From: a virus
Lineage: Duplodnaviria; Heunggongvirae; Uroviricota; Caudoviricetes
Length of the DNA: 64,000 nt
Virus record (IMG/VR): IMGVR_UViG_3300029935_000001
Coordinates: 201,867 to 265,866 of that record
Direction: 5' to 3' (one strand)
In this document: piece after piece, positions 1 to 8,479 of the stretch
Layout: each line of letters opens with the position of its first letter
Numbering within the stretch: position 1 is the first letter of the stretch
Made by a program: the position numbers and the translations under genes
Notes under the pieces: generated by a model
Told to the model about the DNA's origin: nothing
Database searches by the model: none
What the model saw: the letters and a program-made list of their open reading frames with translations, nothing else

Positions 1-536
1 ACATAGTCGATGAACCTGCACACCCGTTAACTATTCCAGAAGAGGTTGCAACCCAAGCGAAACCATCGTATACTGCTAATTATACTCCGGTCGAAGTAAC
101 TTTTGAGGATATACAACAGCTTGCTGGCCCGGTTAAAGACCTAGTCTCTGTTGATCTTCCTAGCGAGCCAAAACTTTCGTTAGTGCAGGAAATGGCACAT
201 GCTCAACGAGAGGAATCAGCTGCAATTGTTAACCCAACTAATCTTAGCACCACTGATTGCCAATTTGGTGTTAAATTTCCGCTAGTTGCAAACAAAGGGG
301 ATTTATTTTTGCGAGTAGACTTTCTCCCAACTAAACTGTTTAAGTTTAACGGAAGCAAGTGGATTGAAGTTAACAAACAAAACACAGACCAATACGCATA
401 CAACGATGCTTATATCGAAATGCTCATAAGTAAGATTAGTAAAGGCGAATACGAGCCAGACTGGTTGAGTGATATTGAGCGCCAACAAATCGAAACGGTA
501 CTGCAACAAGATCCAAACACAAAAGGTAATGTATGA
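1..536 (+). CDS. hypothetical protein, 5'-truncated at window edge
   Basis: The reading frame of ORF 183..536 stays open back to position 3 with no stop (IVDEPAHPLTIPEEV...), so the gene starts upstream of the window. Confidence 0.5.
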   Translation, partial: IVDEPAHPLTIPEEVATQAKPSYTANYTPVEVTFEDIQQLAGPVKDLVSVDLPSEPKLSLVQEMAHAQREESAAIVNPTNLSTTDCQFGVKFPLVANKGDLFLRVDFLPTKLFKFNGSKWIEVNKQNTDQYAYNDAYIEMLISKISKGEYEPDWLSDIERQQIETVLQQDPNTKGNV

Positions 537-1741
537 GAACTGATGAAAATTACGAACACTGTTCATTTTGCGGAAAGCACAAAGACGCAGTAAAACGCCT
601 GATCGTCGGTAACGATGTTGGGATCTGCGACGAGTGTGTGTCTATGTGCAGCGAGTTGCTCGTGGATCAGCCAGCATCAGATTTGTCATCGCCGACTGAG
701 GAGTCCGACGGTACCATTGATCCGATTGCTCTTAAGGCGTATCTTGATCAGTATGTCATTGGGCAAGATGACGCTAAGATCATGCTTAGCGTCGCGATCG
801 CCAACCATTACAAACGCATTCAGCATAGCGCCGCAGATGTCGAAATTGACAAAGCTAACGTTCTTTTACTGGGGCCTACCGGTTCTGGCAAAACCCTTCT
901 AGCCAGGTCTGTTGCCCGTTATTTGGACGTGCCTTTTGCTATTGCTGACGCCACTTCGTTGACCGAAGCTGGCTACGTTGGCGACGACGTTGAAACCCTC
1001 GTCGCTCGCTTGCTTACAGCCGCCGGCGGCGACGTAGCAAAAGCTGAACGCGGTATAATCTTTGTTGACGAAATCGACAAAATTGCTAGGAAATCGGAGT
1101 CGGCATCAATTACCCGCGACGTATCGGGCGAAGGCGTGCAACAGGCCCTGCTCAAGCTGGTCGAAGGGTCAAGCGTGCGGGTACCTACAACAGGCAACCG
1201 CAAGCACCCTAGTGGGGACATGGTTGAGGTTAACACACGCAACATTCTCTTCATTGCTGGCGGCGCGTTTGTTGGTGTCGAAAACATTGTTAAATCACGA
1301 AAAGCACCGACGTCGTGTGGGTTCACCTCTGCAGTTAAAACTGCAACTAATGTTGATGTTAGCGACGTAACCCCAGATGATTTGGTCAAGTTTGGTCTGA
1401 TACCAGAATTTGTAGGGCGCTTTCCAAACCGTGTTACACTGCAAAAGCTCACCAAGGAAACTCTGGTGCAAATCTTGTCCAGCGTAAAGAACAGCTTGTC
1501 GTCGCAATACAAAACGCTTTTTCATCTCGACGGTGTTGCGCTTGATTTGCCTGTTGATACCCTCGACGACATTGCGCAGCGCACGTTAAAATCCAACACA
1601 GGAGCCCGCGGTCTTCAGACTGAGCTTGAGCGAATTTTGCTGCCACACATGTTCAACATCAAACGGTATCAACGCGCTGGTATCAAAACTCTTACTATCA
1701 CTCCTGAGATGGTAAATAATCCAAAAGCGCTTGAAGCGTAA
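533..1741 (+). CDS. clpX: ATP-dependent Clp protease ATP-binding subunit ClpX
   Basis: N-terminal C4 zinc-binding domain (CSFCGK...CDEC); Walker A LLLGPTGSGKTLLA; Walker B IIFVDEIDKI; full-length AAA+ unfoldase organisation. Confidence 0.9.
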   Translation: MRTDENYEHCSFCGKHKDAVKRLIVGNDVGICDECVSMCSELLVDQPASDLSSPTEESDGTIDPIALKAYLDQYVIGQDDAKIMLSVAIANHYKRIQHSAADVEIDKANVLLLGPTGSGKTLLARSVARYLDVPFAIADATSLTEAGYVGDDVETLVARLLTAAGGDVAKAERGIIFVDEIDKIARKSESASITRDVSGEGVQQALLKLVEGSSVRVPTTGNRKHPSGDMVEVNTRNILFIAGGAFVGVENIVKSRKAPTSCGFTSAVKTATNVDVSDVTPDDLVKFGLIPEFVGRFPNRVTLQKLTKETLVQILSSVKNSLSSQYKTLFHLDGVALDLPVDTLDDIAQRTLKSNTGARGLQTELERILLPHMFNIKRYQRAGIKTLTITPEMVNNPKALEA

Positions 1742-1754
1742 TAAGGAGGATTGA

Positions 1755-1973
1755 GTGGTTTCTGGCAACACCGTTTATATTAACGATGGCAACGTCGAAA
1801 AAGCGTTGCGCAAATTTAAGAAAAAAGTAGCAGAAAGTAAAATTCTGCAAGAACTTCGCGAGCGCGAACATTATACCAAACCAACTACTGCGCGCAAAGT
1901 AAAAAAAACGCAAGCTCGCAGTCGCTGGCTCAAGCACGTTCGTTCACAACAACTACCTGACGCCAAATTTTAA
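1755..1973 (+). CDS. rpsU: ribosomal protein bS21 homolog
   Basis: GTG start 8 nt after AAGGAGG; basic 72-aa protein; VEKALRKFKKKV...REHYTKPTTARKVKK matches the bS21 signature. Confidence 0.8.
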   Translation: MVSGNTVYINDGNVEKALRKFKKKVAESKILQELREREHYTKPTTARKVKKTQARSRWLKHVRSQQLPDAKF

Positions 1974-2065
1974 GATTTTATAACGAGCAAGGGTGCTCGT
2001 TATAAATTAACCGTAGATGCCTAATGGGTCTACATTTTTATCTTGCTTATAAGGAGAAATTTGAA

Positions 2066-2521
2066 ATGGCAACACAAGATCTAGCTCGTTCTATTCGTAG
2101 TATCGACATCCCTGCCCTTCGCCGCTATGCCATTGGGTTTGACACACTGTTTGACGAAATGCAGCGTGCAGTGGACACAAAGGCGATAAATTATCCGCCG
2201 TATAACATCATCAAGCTGTCGGACACCGAGTATGTTGTTGAACTAGCTGTTGCTGGATTCGCCGACGACGAACTTGCCGTTGACGTTCACGAAAACCTGC
2301 TAACAGTAACAGGCACGCCCGAGGACGCAGTTTTGCCAGTGGGGGCCACTGTGCTGACCCAGGGAATTTCGCACCGGGCATTTACTCGCGAGTTTCGGCT
2401 AGCTGAGCACGTAGTAGTTGACTCGGCAGAAGTAGTTCGAGGACTACTGCGGATCAGCTTACACGTTGAGGTTCCTGAAGAAAAACGTCCGCGCCGTATT
2501 GCAATTGAGTTCAAATCGTAA
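2066..2521 (+). CDS. small heat-shock protein (Hsp20/IbpA family)
   Basis: alpha-crystallin domain motifs YPPYNIIKLSDTEYVVELAVAGF...LLTVTGT; SD AAGGAGA upstream of the ATG at 2066 (the six-frame track begins the ORF at 2024). Confidence 0.8.
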   Translation: MATQDLARSIRSIDIPALRRYAIGFDTLFDEMQRAVDTKAINYPPYNIIKLSDTEYVVELAVAGFADDELAVDVHENLLTVTGTPEDAVLPVGATVLTQGISHRAFTREFRLAEHVVVDSAEVVRGLLRISLHVEVPEEKRPRRIAIEFKS

Positions 2522-2539
2522 TACAATAATGTAAATACT

Positions 2540-2560
2540 GTAGGGGCGCGGTGCCCCTAC
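2540..2560 (+). terminator. GC-rich stem-loop downstream of hsp20 (gtaggggc/gcccctac)
   Basis: Perfect 8-bp inverted repeat; no clear U-tract. Confidence 0.35.
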
Positions 2561-2579
2561 ATACACCAAGGAAACTAGT

Positions 2580-2882
2580 ATGGCACACACTGAACTCAAA
2601 GAACAAACCAAGCTTCGGGTTGCTGAACCTCCGATGTTTAAGGTAATTTACCTCAACGACGAAGTAACTACTGTGGAATTTGTAATGGCATCGTTGATGG
2701 AGGTGTTTCATTATGCACCTAGCACCGCCGAGCAAATCACCTGGGACATCCACGAAAATGGCGCGGCTGTAGTTGCTGTGCTGCCATACGAACTGGCTGA
2801 ACAAAAAGGGTCAGAAGTCCTGGTGAGTGCGCGTTCAAAACAGTACCCGTTACAGGTAAAGCTCGAACCCGACATGAGCTAA
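2580..2882 (+). CDS. clpS: ClpS adaptor protein
   Basis: 100 aa; PPMFKVIYLNDEVTTVEFVMASLMEVFHY matches the ClpS core (PxxYKVxLxNDDxTxMEFV). Confidence 0.8.
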   Translation: MAHTELKEQTKLRVAEPPMFKVIYLNDEVTTVEFVMASLMEVFHYAPSTAEQITWDIHENGAAVVAVLPYELAEQKGSEVLVSARSKQYPLQVKLEPDMS

Positions 2883-2887
2883 CTTGC

Positions 2888-3658
2888 TCAAATAGTAAAC
2901 TGCCTCGGATAATAGCACAGCGACTGGTTATTTCCGAGGCATTGTTTTGGGTTGCTAGTAAACCGCACGCGACCGCAGTTGATCCCAACTGGATTGTAGT
3001 AATAGCCGTGAACCCACTGAACAATTTTATGTTCTGTGTCTGCGGGGCTAGCTATGGTAAAGAGTAAGCTCGAAGCTGCTGCAAGTTCGCTAGTAATCGG
3101 CGTTGGGTTAACCAGTTTAAGATCTGGAATAGCGCTAGTGACTATACAAATTTTTTGTACATCCGGGTGCCGCTGGAGCTTTTCTAAGGATGATTTTAAA
3201 TAATTGATGTCGTTAATGCTAGCCCCCATAATCAATTTAACCTCGTGCTCGCTGGCATTATGCTTTTGCATAAACAAAGATTGTACATTTATGAAATTTT
3301 CCGAATCTTCGACATTGAAATTTGACCACCCATTGGTGCCGAGAATTGCAACACCGTCGGAAATAATTACTCGATCATGTAAGTAGACTACATTGTTTAG
3401 TTCGTCGGCAATGTCTTCAAGGAACTGTTGGGTTTCGTTTATCGCGCTCCAATTTGCAGAATGTTCGAGCAAGCCGTCGATAAAAAATACGTGTTTGTAT
3501 AGCCCTGACAGGTGTTTTAGTACACTGTGAACAACAAGCAAGTCGCTAGAGATATTTCCTGCTACCACGCAAAAAAGGCTGGTTTGTTGATTTTTAAAAT
3601 CAAAGTGATCCTGGTCCGTTAAATACAAGTCAGAAATGACATCAAAAGAGTAATCCAT
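2888..3658 (-). CDS. metallophosphoesterase-fold protein, predicted catalytically inactive paralog of 26364..27215
   Basis: Block-by-block similar to the downstream calcineurin-like phosphoesterase, but metal-ligand motifs are replaced: DVH->DLY, GD->GN, GNHE->GLLE, HHAP->TSAIP, GHLH->GYYY. Confidence 0.55.
   Translation of the reverse strand: MDYSFDVISDLYLTDQDHFDFKNQQTSLFCVVAGNISSDLLVVHSVLKHLSGLYKHVFFIDGLLEHSANWSAINETQQFLEDIADELNNVVYLHDRVIISDGVAILGTNGWSNFNVEDSENFINVQSLFMQKHNASEHEVKLIMGASINDINYLKSSLEKLQRHPDVQKICIVTSAIPDLKLVNPTPITSELAAASSLLFTIASPADTEHKIVQWVHGYYYNPVGINCGRVRFTSNPKQCLGNNQSLCYYPRQFTI
2902..2950. terminator. bidirectional hairpin terminator between convergent clpS and the minus-strand gene
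   Basis: gcctcgga...tccgaggc inverted repeat followed by attgttttgg. Confidence 0.5.
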
Positions 3659-3683
3659 AATTCTATTTACAATCGAGGAACCA

Positions 3684-4013
3684 ATGTATATTATTTTTGA
3701 CGATCAAGTAACCACTGAGCTACGTGCCCATTATACGTTGCTAGAGTTAGAAACGTTTGATAGCAAGCATGGGCCCCGAACTGCGTATTGCGTTATTGAC
3801 ACCCAGCGGCTTTCAACTGAGGATTTGTTTTACTTGGACAAGTATTCTGAAGTGCATGCAGCCCTGATAAGTAACTACAAGGAAGGCCACTTTGAATTTT
3901 GCCACCAGGCCCTCGAAGTCTTGCGCGGCAAATGGGGCGGGCAAATAGACAGTTTTTATGAAGTGTTAAACAGCCGCGTGTCTGTAGCACCAAAACAGGA
4001 CAGTGTTTTTTAG
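3684..4013 (+). CDS. hypothetical protein
   Basis: ORF with SD-like GAGGAA upstream. Confidence 0.45.
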   Translation: MYIIFDDQVTTELRAHYTLLELETFDSKHGPRTAYCVIDTQRLSTEDLFYLDKYSEVHAALISNYKEGHFEFCHQALEVLRGKWGGQIDSFYEVLNSRVSVAPKQDSVF

Positions 4014-5256
4014 GAAAATAATGGATTTTATCAACGTTGCTGCATTAAACGAATCAGTCTCGCAAACCGTTACGCAAATGGTTGCCGAGCTGCTTTCGCA
4101 CGAAAACGTTCTAGCCGAGCTTAATCGCACCGCAGCCGATGTATTAAGGGCGCAAATCACCGAACAAGTAATGCAACGAGACTTCCAGCCTCTTGTTCGG
4201 GCTGCTATCGAAAAATTTGTTAGTGAAAATACGTTGCCAACTATCGGTAACATTATCGTCGAGCATCACGGGTCAGCTCCAGTTGACTCGTTTATTGCCC
4301 TAGCAGTTGAACACGAAGTAACTCGCATTGTTGCTGCGCTAGCCCAATCTCCAGAGTGGAATGCACAGATACGTCGTTTATTGTTAAACGACGTAAACCA
4401 CGTAATCTCTACTTATATAGACCGAATCGACGTCAACAGTGCAATAGCGCAAGAAATACAAAAATACCTTGCTGCTAAGCACAGTGAATCGTTACCAAAG
4501 TTTGGTATTGTTGATAATACTACTAAACCTGTGATGTCGTTGTCAGACAATGGCGTTGACACCCAAAAACTTGTTTGTTCTGAACTTACCTGCGATACTA
4601 TCGAAGTGACGGACCTGCAAGTTAATGGGCAGCTTAAATTTGATCCTTCTGCACTCAAAGACGAGCTTACGTCGCAAATTGCCTGCCAATTAGTTGAGCA
4701 AGTTACGTCAGTTGCGATTGCGCAAACTAAAGAGATTGTATCTAGCCACCGGGTACAAGCGGATCAAGTATTTACAGGACCGGTTCCGTTACTAGCTGAC
4801 GGTAAACTAAGCCGGCTGGTTACTCACTCGTCACTAGAGTCCGTTGGCGAGCTCGAGTCGTTGACTGTATTAGGCAAAACGGAACTAAACGATACTGTTG
4901 CGGTCTTAAAGAGTCGGGTCGGTATTAACACCGCAATGCCTGATTCTGCGCTTACTGTGTGGGACGAAGAGACAGCGTTGTCATTTGGCAAACACTCTTC
5001 AAACGCGTGTTATATCGGCAGCAATCGAGGCAATAAACTAGTATTAGGGATCAACCGCAAAGGCGTTGTGGAAATTACAGACACTAAAGTTACTGTTCCT
5101 GCGTTGCAAATTAATAAAAATATGGTAGGGTTTAGTAACACAACGCCAGTGCATGCCGGCACCCGCGGAGACTGGTTATGGAACACTGAAGTTACTGACG
5201 CGTCGCCGTATGCGTGGGTGTGTCTTGGCGGTTCTCGATGGAAGGCGCTAAAATGA
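4003..5256 (+). CDS. hypothetical protein, possibly fibre-like structural (Ser/Thr/Gly/Val-rich C-terminus)
   Basis: 417-aa ORF; start overlaps the previous gene; composition resembles phage fibre/receptor-binding proteins (weak). Confidence 0.45.
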   Translation: MFFRKIMDFINVAALNESVSQTVTQMVAELLSHENVLAELNRTAADVLRAQITEQVMQRDFQPLVRAAIEKFVSENTLPTIGNIIVEHHGSAPVDSFIALAVEHEVTRIVAALAQSPEWNAQIRRLLLNDVNHVISTYIDRIDVNSAIAQEIQKYLAAKHSESLPKFGIVDNTTKPVMSLSDNGVDTQKLVCSELTCDTIEVTDLQVNGQLKFDPSALKDELTSQIACQLVEQVTSVAIAQTKEIVSSHRVQADQVFTGPVPLLADGKLSRLVTHSSLESVGELESLTVLGKTELNDTVAVLKSRVGINTAMPDSALTVWDEETALSFGKHSSNACYIGSNRGNKLVLGINRKGVVEITDTKVTVPALQINKNMVGFSNTTPVHAGTRGDWLWNTEVTDASPYAWVCLGGSRWKALK

Positions 5257-5747
5257 GGATAGCTTGGATTGTAGGGCAAAGCGATCAGAATTACGATGTT
5301 GCTGCCCTCAAGGCAATCGGTCCTCTCTGGGGCACTTGGCAGTCGTGGCGGAAGTTTAAAACTGATAACGTAGTAGTAACAGACTTTAGCAAAGCAGTTG
5401 ACTTAACTGGCCGTGCCTTTCATAGTGTTTGTAACTTGTATCTCCCCGAAGACTTGTATCAAGCTGCTCAACGGCCAGCTGGCGTGCGCTTGTTTGCGCG
5501 TCCTGCAGGCGCTGGCGATTTAGCTGCATTAATGGGAGTAGTAGCAACTGTGGCCGACATTGTTCTTATTATTGGGTTGAGGCCGGGCTCACCTAACGAA
5601 GAACGTGAAGTGAAGTCAATTGTGCTAGCACACCCTAATATTCAATGGGTGAGCCTCGATGCCACTGAACCTTTTTTTGGTGGCAATGCTCCGCCAAACT
5701 GCCTAGTAGACACCACTGCTAATGTCTTGGCGATGCTTTCTGGTTGA
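5253..5747 (+). CDS. hypothetical protein
   Basis: The ATG overlaps the upstream stop (aaATGa); the gene's stop TGA lies inside the -35 TTGACT of the next promoter. Confidence 0.45.
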   Translation: MRIAWIVGQSDQNYDVAALKAIGPLWGTWQSWRKFKTDNVVVTDFSKAVDLTGRAFHSVCNLYLPEDLYQAAQRPAGVRLFARPAGAGDLAALMGVVATVADIVLIIGLRPGSPNEEREVKSIVLAHPNIQWVSLDATEPFFGGNAPPNCLVDTTANVLAMLSG

Positions 5748-5803
5748 CTAGCTGCTGCTACGGCGTTATAATAGCTACATACATTACTACTGCGGAGAAC
5801 ACA
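5744..5803 (+). promoter_or_regulatory. sigma70-type promoter (TTGACT-17-TATAAT) plus conserved leader variant
   Basis: -35 at 5744-5749, -10 at 5767-5772; leader agctacatacattactactgcggagaacacaATG. Confidence 0.6.
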
Positions 5804-6202
5804 ATGACTGCGCTCAACGAAACCGATCTTGTCACAGTTGTCGACCAAAGCTTGGGTTTCTTGCAGGCCCTTGCTGAGGTGTATGGCTCCGAGCGCGCAC
5901 AAGAAGCGTGGGCTAAGATAAGCGAGGCCCTCGGGCACGACGTTAGAGACGCAGTGTTCTTAGCTATGCTCGCCGGCGATAACGGTTCGGCTCGTGTGAC
6001 CTTCAAAATCACAAACCAAATCGTTAGCCATCGAGTGGCTGCTATTCGAGCGATTCGCGAGGCTGCATCGCTGGGCCTTAAAGAGGCCAAAGATCTTACG
6101 GATGCGGCAATGATGCGCGCCACTGTTGTGACGTGTAAAAATCGCCAATCAGCAAAAGGCCTGCGGCAAGCGTTGCGAGATCTTGGCATGGAGGCACAGT
6201 GA
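5804..6202 (+). CDS. protein with a ribosomal protein bL12 (L7/L12) C-terminal-domain-like region
   Basis: The C-terminal 70 aa read RVTFKITNQIVSHRVAAIRAIREAASLGLKEAKDL..., closely matching the bL12 CTD (EFDVIL...KIAVIKAVRxxTGLGLKEAKDL...); the N-terminal half is unrelated. Confidence 0.55.
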   Translation: MTALNETDLVTVVDQSLGFLQALAEVYGSERAQEAWAKISEALGHDVRDAVFLAMLAGDNGSARVTFKITNQIVSHRVAAIRAIREAASLGLKEAKDLTDAAMMRATVVTCKNRQSAKGLRQALRDLGMEAQ

Positions 6203-6286
6203 TGATTGACTAGGGACTGGTTGCGTATGGAGTGATTTTGTTTGCGGTAATTTGTGTTGGTGGGTCCATTTCGACAGGAGCGAAAG

Positions 6287-6511
6287 ATGACTAAGCGTTT
6301 CGAAAAGGTACAGGTAGTTGAGCACAAGATCGATGCCAACGTGGCGTGCGTTGAGCTAGTAGCTGCGCAGCGAGCAGACACTTCATTGGTAGTGGGCAAG
6401 TTCCTGGTTCCAGTTACTGATGATTTTGACGAGTTTGTTGCTACGGTGCGTGAGCGTGCTCGCGAAACTGCGGGTGTTGAGTTTGATCACTTTCGTGTAG
6501 AGTTTCAGTAA
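6287..6511 (+). CDS. hypothetical protein
   Basis: SD GGAG 7 nt before the ATG; followed by a hairpin. Confidence 0.45.
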   Translation: MTKRFEKVQVVEHKIDANVACVELVAAQRADTSLVVGKFLVPVTDDFDEFVATVRERARETAGVEFDHFRVEFQ

Positions 6512-6548
6512 CTTTAGCGGTCAACGCAAAAACTGGCGGTTTTACAAG

Positions 6549-6590
6549 GATTCGGGCATTGTAAGTCTTTGATTTATAAGGGCCCGAATC
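6549..6590 (+). terminator. stem-loop (gattcgggc...gcccgaatc) followed by a T-rich run
   Basis: 9-bp perfect inverted repeat with a 24-nt loop, then ttgttt. Confidence 0.3.
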
Positions 6591-6705
6591 TTGTTTAAAA
6601 CGCTAAAAACTGCAAAGTGCGTGCTTACCAGCAAAGTGTCGAGACTTTTGCTGTAAATGTGCTCGATCAGAAATTACATAAACTGTGCTTAAAAAGGAAG
6701 CAATA

Positions 6706-7119
6706 ATGCCCTGGATCACTAATGTGCCGCTGCGCTGGATCGCCGAAGGTCACTACCCTAACCCGGGCTCAAACAGTATGCTGATCCAAATCGTGGACCC
6801 GGCGATGGAGTTTCCTGTACCAGCGACGCCGTTTCGGGAGATTCATCAGTTTGAGTTTCTCGACCTCGAGGACTCCGACGACTTTGCTGAAGAGTTCAAG
6901 ATCACAGACGAGCAGGCTGCCGAGCTGGTCGCGCTCCTGCAGCACGCGCTCAACCAAGGCATGAACGTTATTGTCCACTGTGTCGCTGGAGTGTGTCGCA
7001 GCGGGGCAGTATGCGAGGTTGGCGTGATGATGGGGTTTGATGATGCTGGCGCGTACCGGGCTCCTAACCTCATGGTCAAACGTCTCATGATGAGGTGTCT
7101 TGGCTGGACCTACGATTAG
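6706..7119 (+). CDS. Cys-based protein phosphatase (dual-specificity/tyrosine phosphatase fold)
   Basis: CX5R P-loop VHCVAGVCRSGAV; SD AAAAAGGAAG upstream. Confidence 0.65.
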   Translation: MPWITNVPLRWIAEGHYPNPGSNSMLIQIVDPAMEFPVPATPFREIHQFEFLDLEDSDDFAEEFKITDEQAAELVALLQHALNQGMNVIVHCVAGVCRSGAVCEVGVMMGFDDAGAYRAPNLMVKRLMMRCLGWTYD

Positions 7120-7120
7120 G

Positions 7121-7179
7121 TTGACAGCACCTGCTCAGATCCGTATAATACGAACATAGACAACGCGCCGGAGAGCAAA
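7121..7179 (+). promoter_or_regulatory. sigma70-type promoter TTGACA-17-TATAAT
   Basis: -35 at 7121-7126, -10 at 7144-7149; leader cgccggagagcaaaATG. Confidence 0.6.
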
Positions 7180-7362
7180 ATGGGTTATCGAGTGTTTGAA
7201 GCCAACGACGGGTTCGGCGCGCGCAAAGGCCTCGAAGGCCCGTTCCGTTACCCCAGCGGTCGCGTTGTATATTACGATCCCAAAGAGGGCAAGTATTATG
7301 ACCCCAAAACGGACTGGTACTTAAGCCATCAAGAGGCGTTAGAACTTTATGCATTAACCTGA
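7180..7362 (+). CDS. hypothetical small protein
   Basis: Promoter-driven 60-aa ORF. Confidence 0.45.
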   Translation: MGYRVFEANDGFGARKGLEGPFRYPSGRVVYYDPKEGKYYDPKTDWYLSHQEALELYALT

Positions 7363-7928
7363 GCACGTTGAGCTGCTCGATACGCGAGCATCTTCTCGCG
7401 TATCTTTTGCTTATGTTCTTCGGTTTGTTTGTGCCCTTTCTTTTTAGGCTTGCCAAGATGCGCTGCTGCTATCTTAGCTTTAGTCTCTTCAGAATGTTTA
7501 TCAGGAGAACCATCTAGACGAGCAGGTTTTTTGCGTCCTTTGAACTTTTCGCTCATCTTCTGTTTCCATTCGTCACTATGTTCAATTTTCTGTTTAGCTC
7601 GTGCAGCACGAATCTTTGCCTTAGCTTCTTCTGTATGGGTTCTACCAAACATATAGTTGAGCTCTCCAGGGAATGATCCCCCATCCCCGCCGTCGGTTTT
7701 GTTATAGAGAATACCTGTACCAATATCCTTTCTGCCATACCAACGGATATACCTGCGCTCAAGAGCCAATGCACCAACTTCGGTTAATCCTGTCTCAAGA
7801 AACACTATTCTCGAACGATCGCGAGGAACAGTAACATTGTGTCGGCCAAACACGCGGTTGCCTTGGCCTTTTCCGATATAGTACGGGGTTCCGTCTTTAC
7901 GGAGATAAGCATATGTATAGTAGTTCAT
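7347..7928 (-). CDS. GIY-YIG homing endonuclease with NUMOD3 DNA-binding repeats
   Basis: N-terminal [20 protein letters not shown]...R...E (GIY-YIG); three NUMOD3-like repeats ([15 protein letters not shown]; [15 protein letters not shown]; [15 protein letters not shown]); minus strand against the genome polarity. Confidence 0.8.
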   Translation of the reverse strand: MNYYTYAYLRKDGTPYYIGKGQGNRVFGRHNVTVPRDRSRIVFLETGLTEVGALALERRYIRWYGRKDIGTGILYNKTDGGDGGSFPGELNYMFGRTHTEEAKAKIRAARAKQKIEHSDEWKQKMSEKFKGRKKPARLDGSPDKHSEETKAKIAAAHLGKPKKKGHKQTEEHKQKIREKMLAYRAAQRAQVNA

Positions 7929-8035
7929 ATTATTATTTATCCGCGCACTGATTTTTACCTCTCAGACGACGAGGTTCGCGCACTCCAGGATTCCATCTAC
8001 AATGTGCTGCGCACGTAAAAAGATTTAGATTTAGG

Positions 8036-8097
8036 TTGCCCAGAGCAGCAGAATACGGTATAATAGCTACATACAGTAACGCAACGGAGCATACAAA
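8036..8097 (+). promoter_or_regulatory. conserved promoter-leader cassette (TTGCCC-17-TATAAT-AGCTACATACAGTAACGCAACGGAGCAtacaaa)
   Basis: Near-identical to more than 13 other copies. Confidence 0.7.
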
Positions 8098-8271
8098 ATG
8101 TTTGAAACTTTCCTCACTATTCTTGCTGTGCTGGTGTTCCTGTTCTGCACGCTTGTGCTGCTTGCGGTAGGCCGCAAGAACCCGTCCAAGATTGATGGGG
8201 CTAAAGTCCTGAAACTTTTGCTGGTGTGGGCTGTCTCTGGTGCGTGGTTGGTTGCTGCTGTTATTTCCTAA
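8098..8271 (+). CDS. small hydrophobic membrane protein (57 aa)
   Basis: ATG sits directly at the end of the conserved leader; two predicted TM helices; below the ORF-track length cut-off. Confidence 0.5.
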   Translation: MFETFLTILAVLVFLFCTLVLLAVGRKNPSKIDGAKVLKLLLVWAVSGAWLVAAVIS

Positions 8272-8283
8272 CTGTCCAAAAAG

Positions 8284-8478
8284 GTGAATGCTATGACTAT
8301 CTCCCAAGAGCGCATGGTTCAAATGATTCGCATGGACGTTCGTGAATGCTACTCCGAGCAAGGTCGTGCAGGCACTGCAACCGAGTACGGAGTTGAAGCG
8401 TTTGTTGGCGCGAGCGAATCGCTTGAACAGTTTGTCGATCGTTGTGTGGCCGCCGAGCTCAACCGCTGCTACGCCTGA
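8284..8478 (+). CDS. hypothetical protein
   Basis: SD AAAAAGGTGA upstream of the ATG. Confidence 0.45.
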   Translation: MNAMTISQERMVQMIRMDVRECYSEQGRAGTATEYGVEAFVGASESLEQFVDRCVAAELNRCYA

Positions 8479-8479
8479 C

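Noticed and set aside
973-1512. 179-aa minus-strand ORF inside clpX (similar long antisense ORFs at 5758..6399, 56743..57285, 60032..60562, 61471..61935 and 62600..63016).
   Set aside because: These are antisense shadows of well-supported + strand genes.
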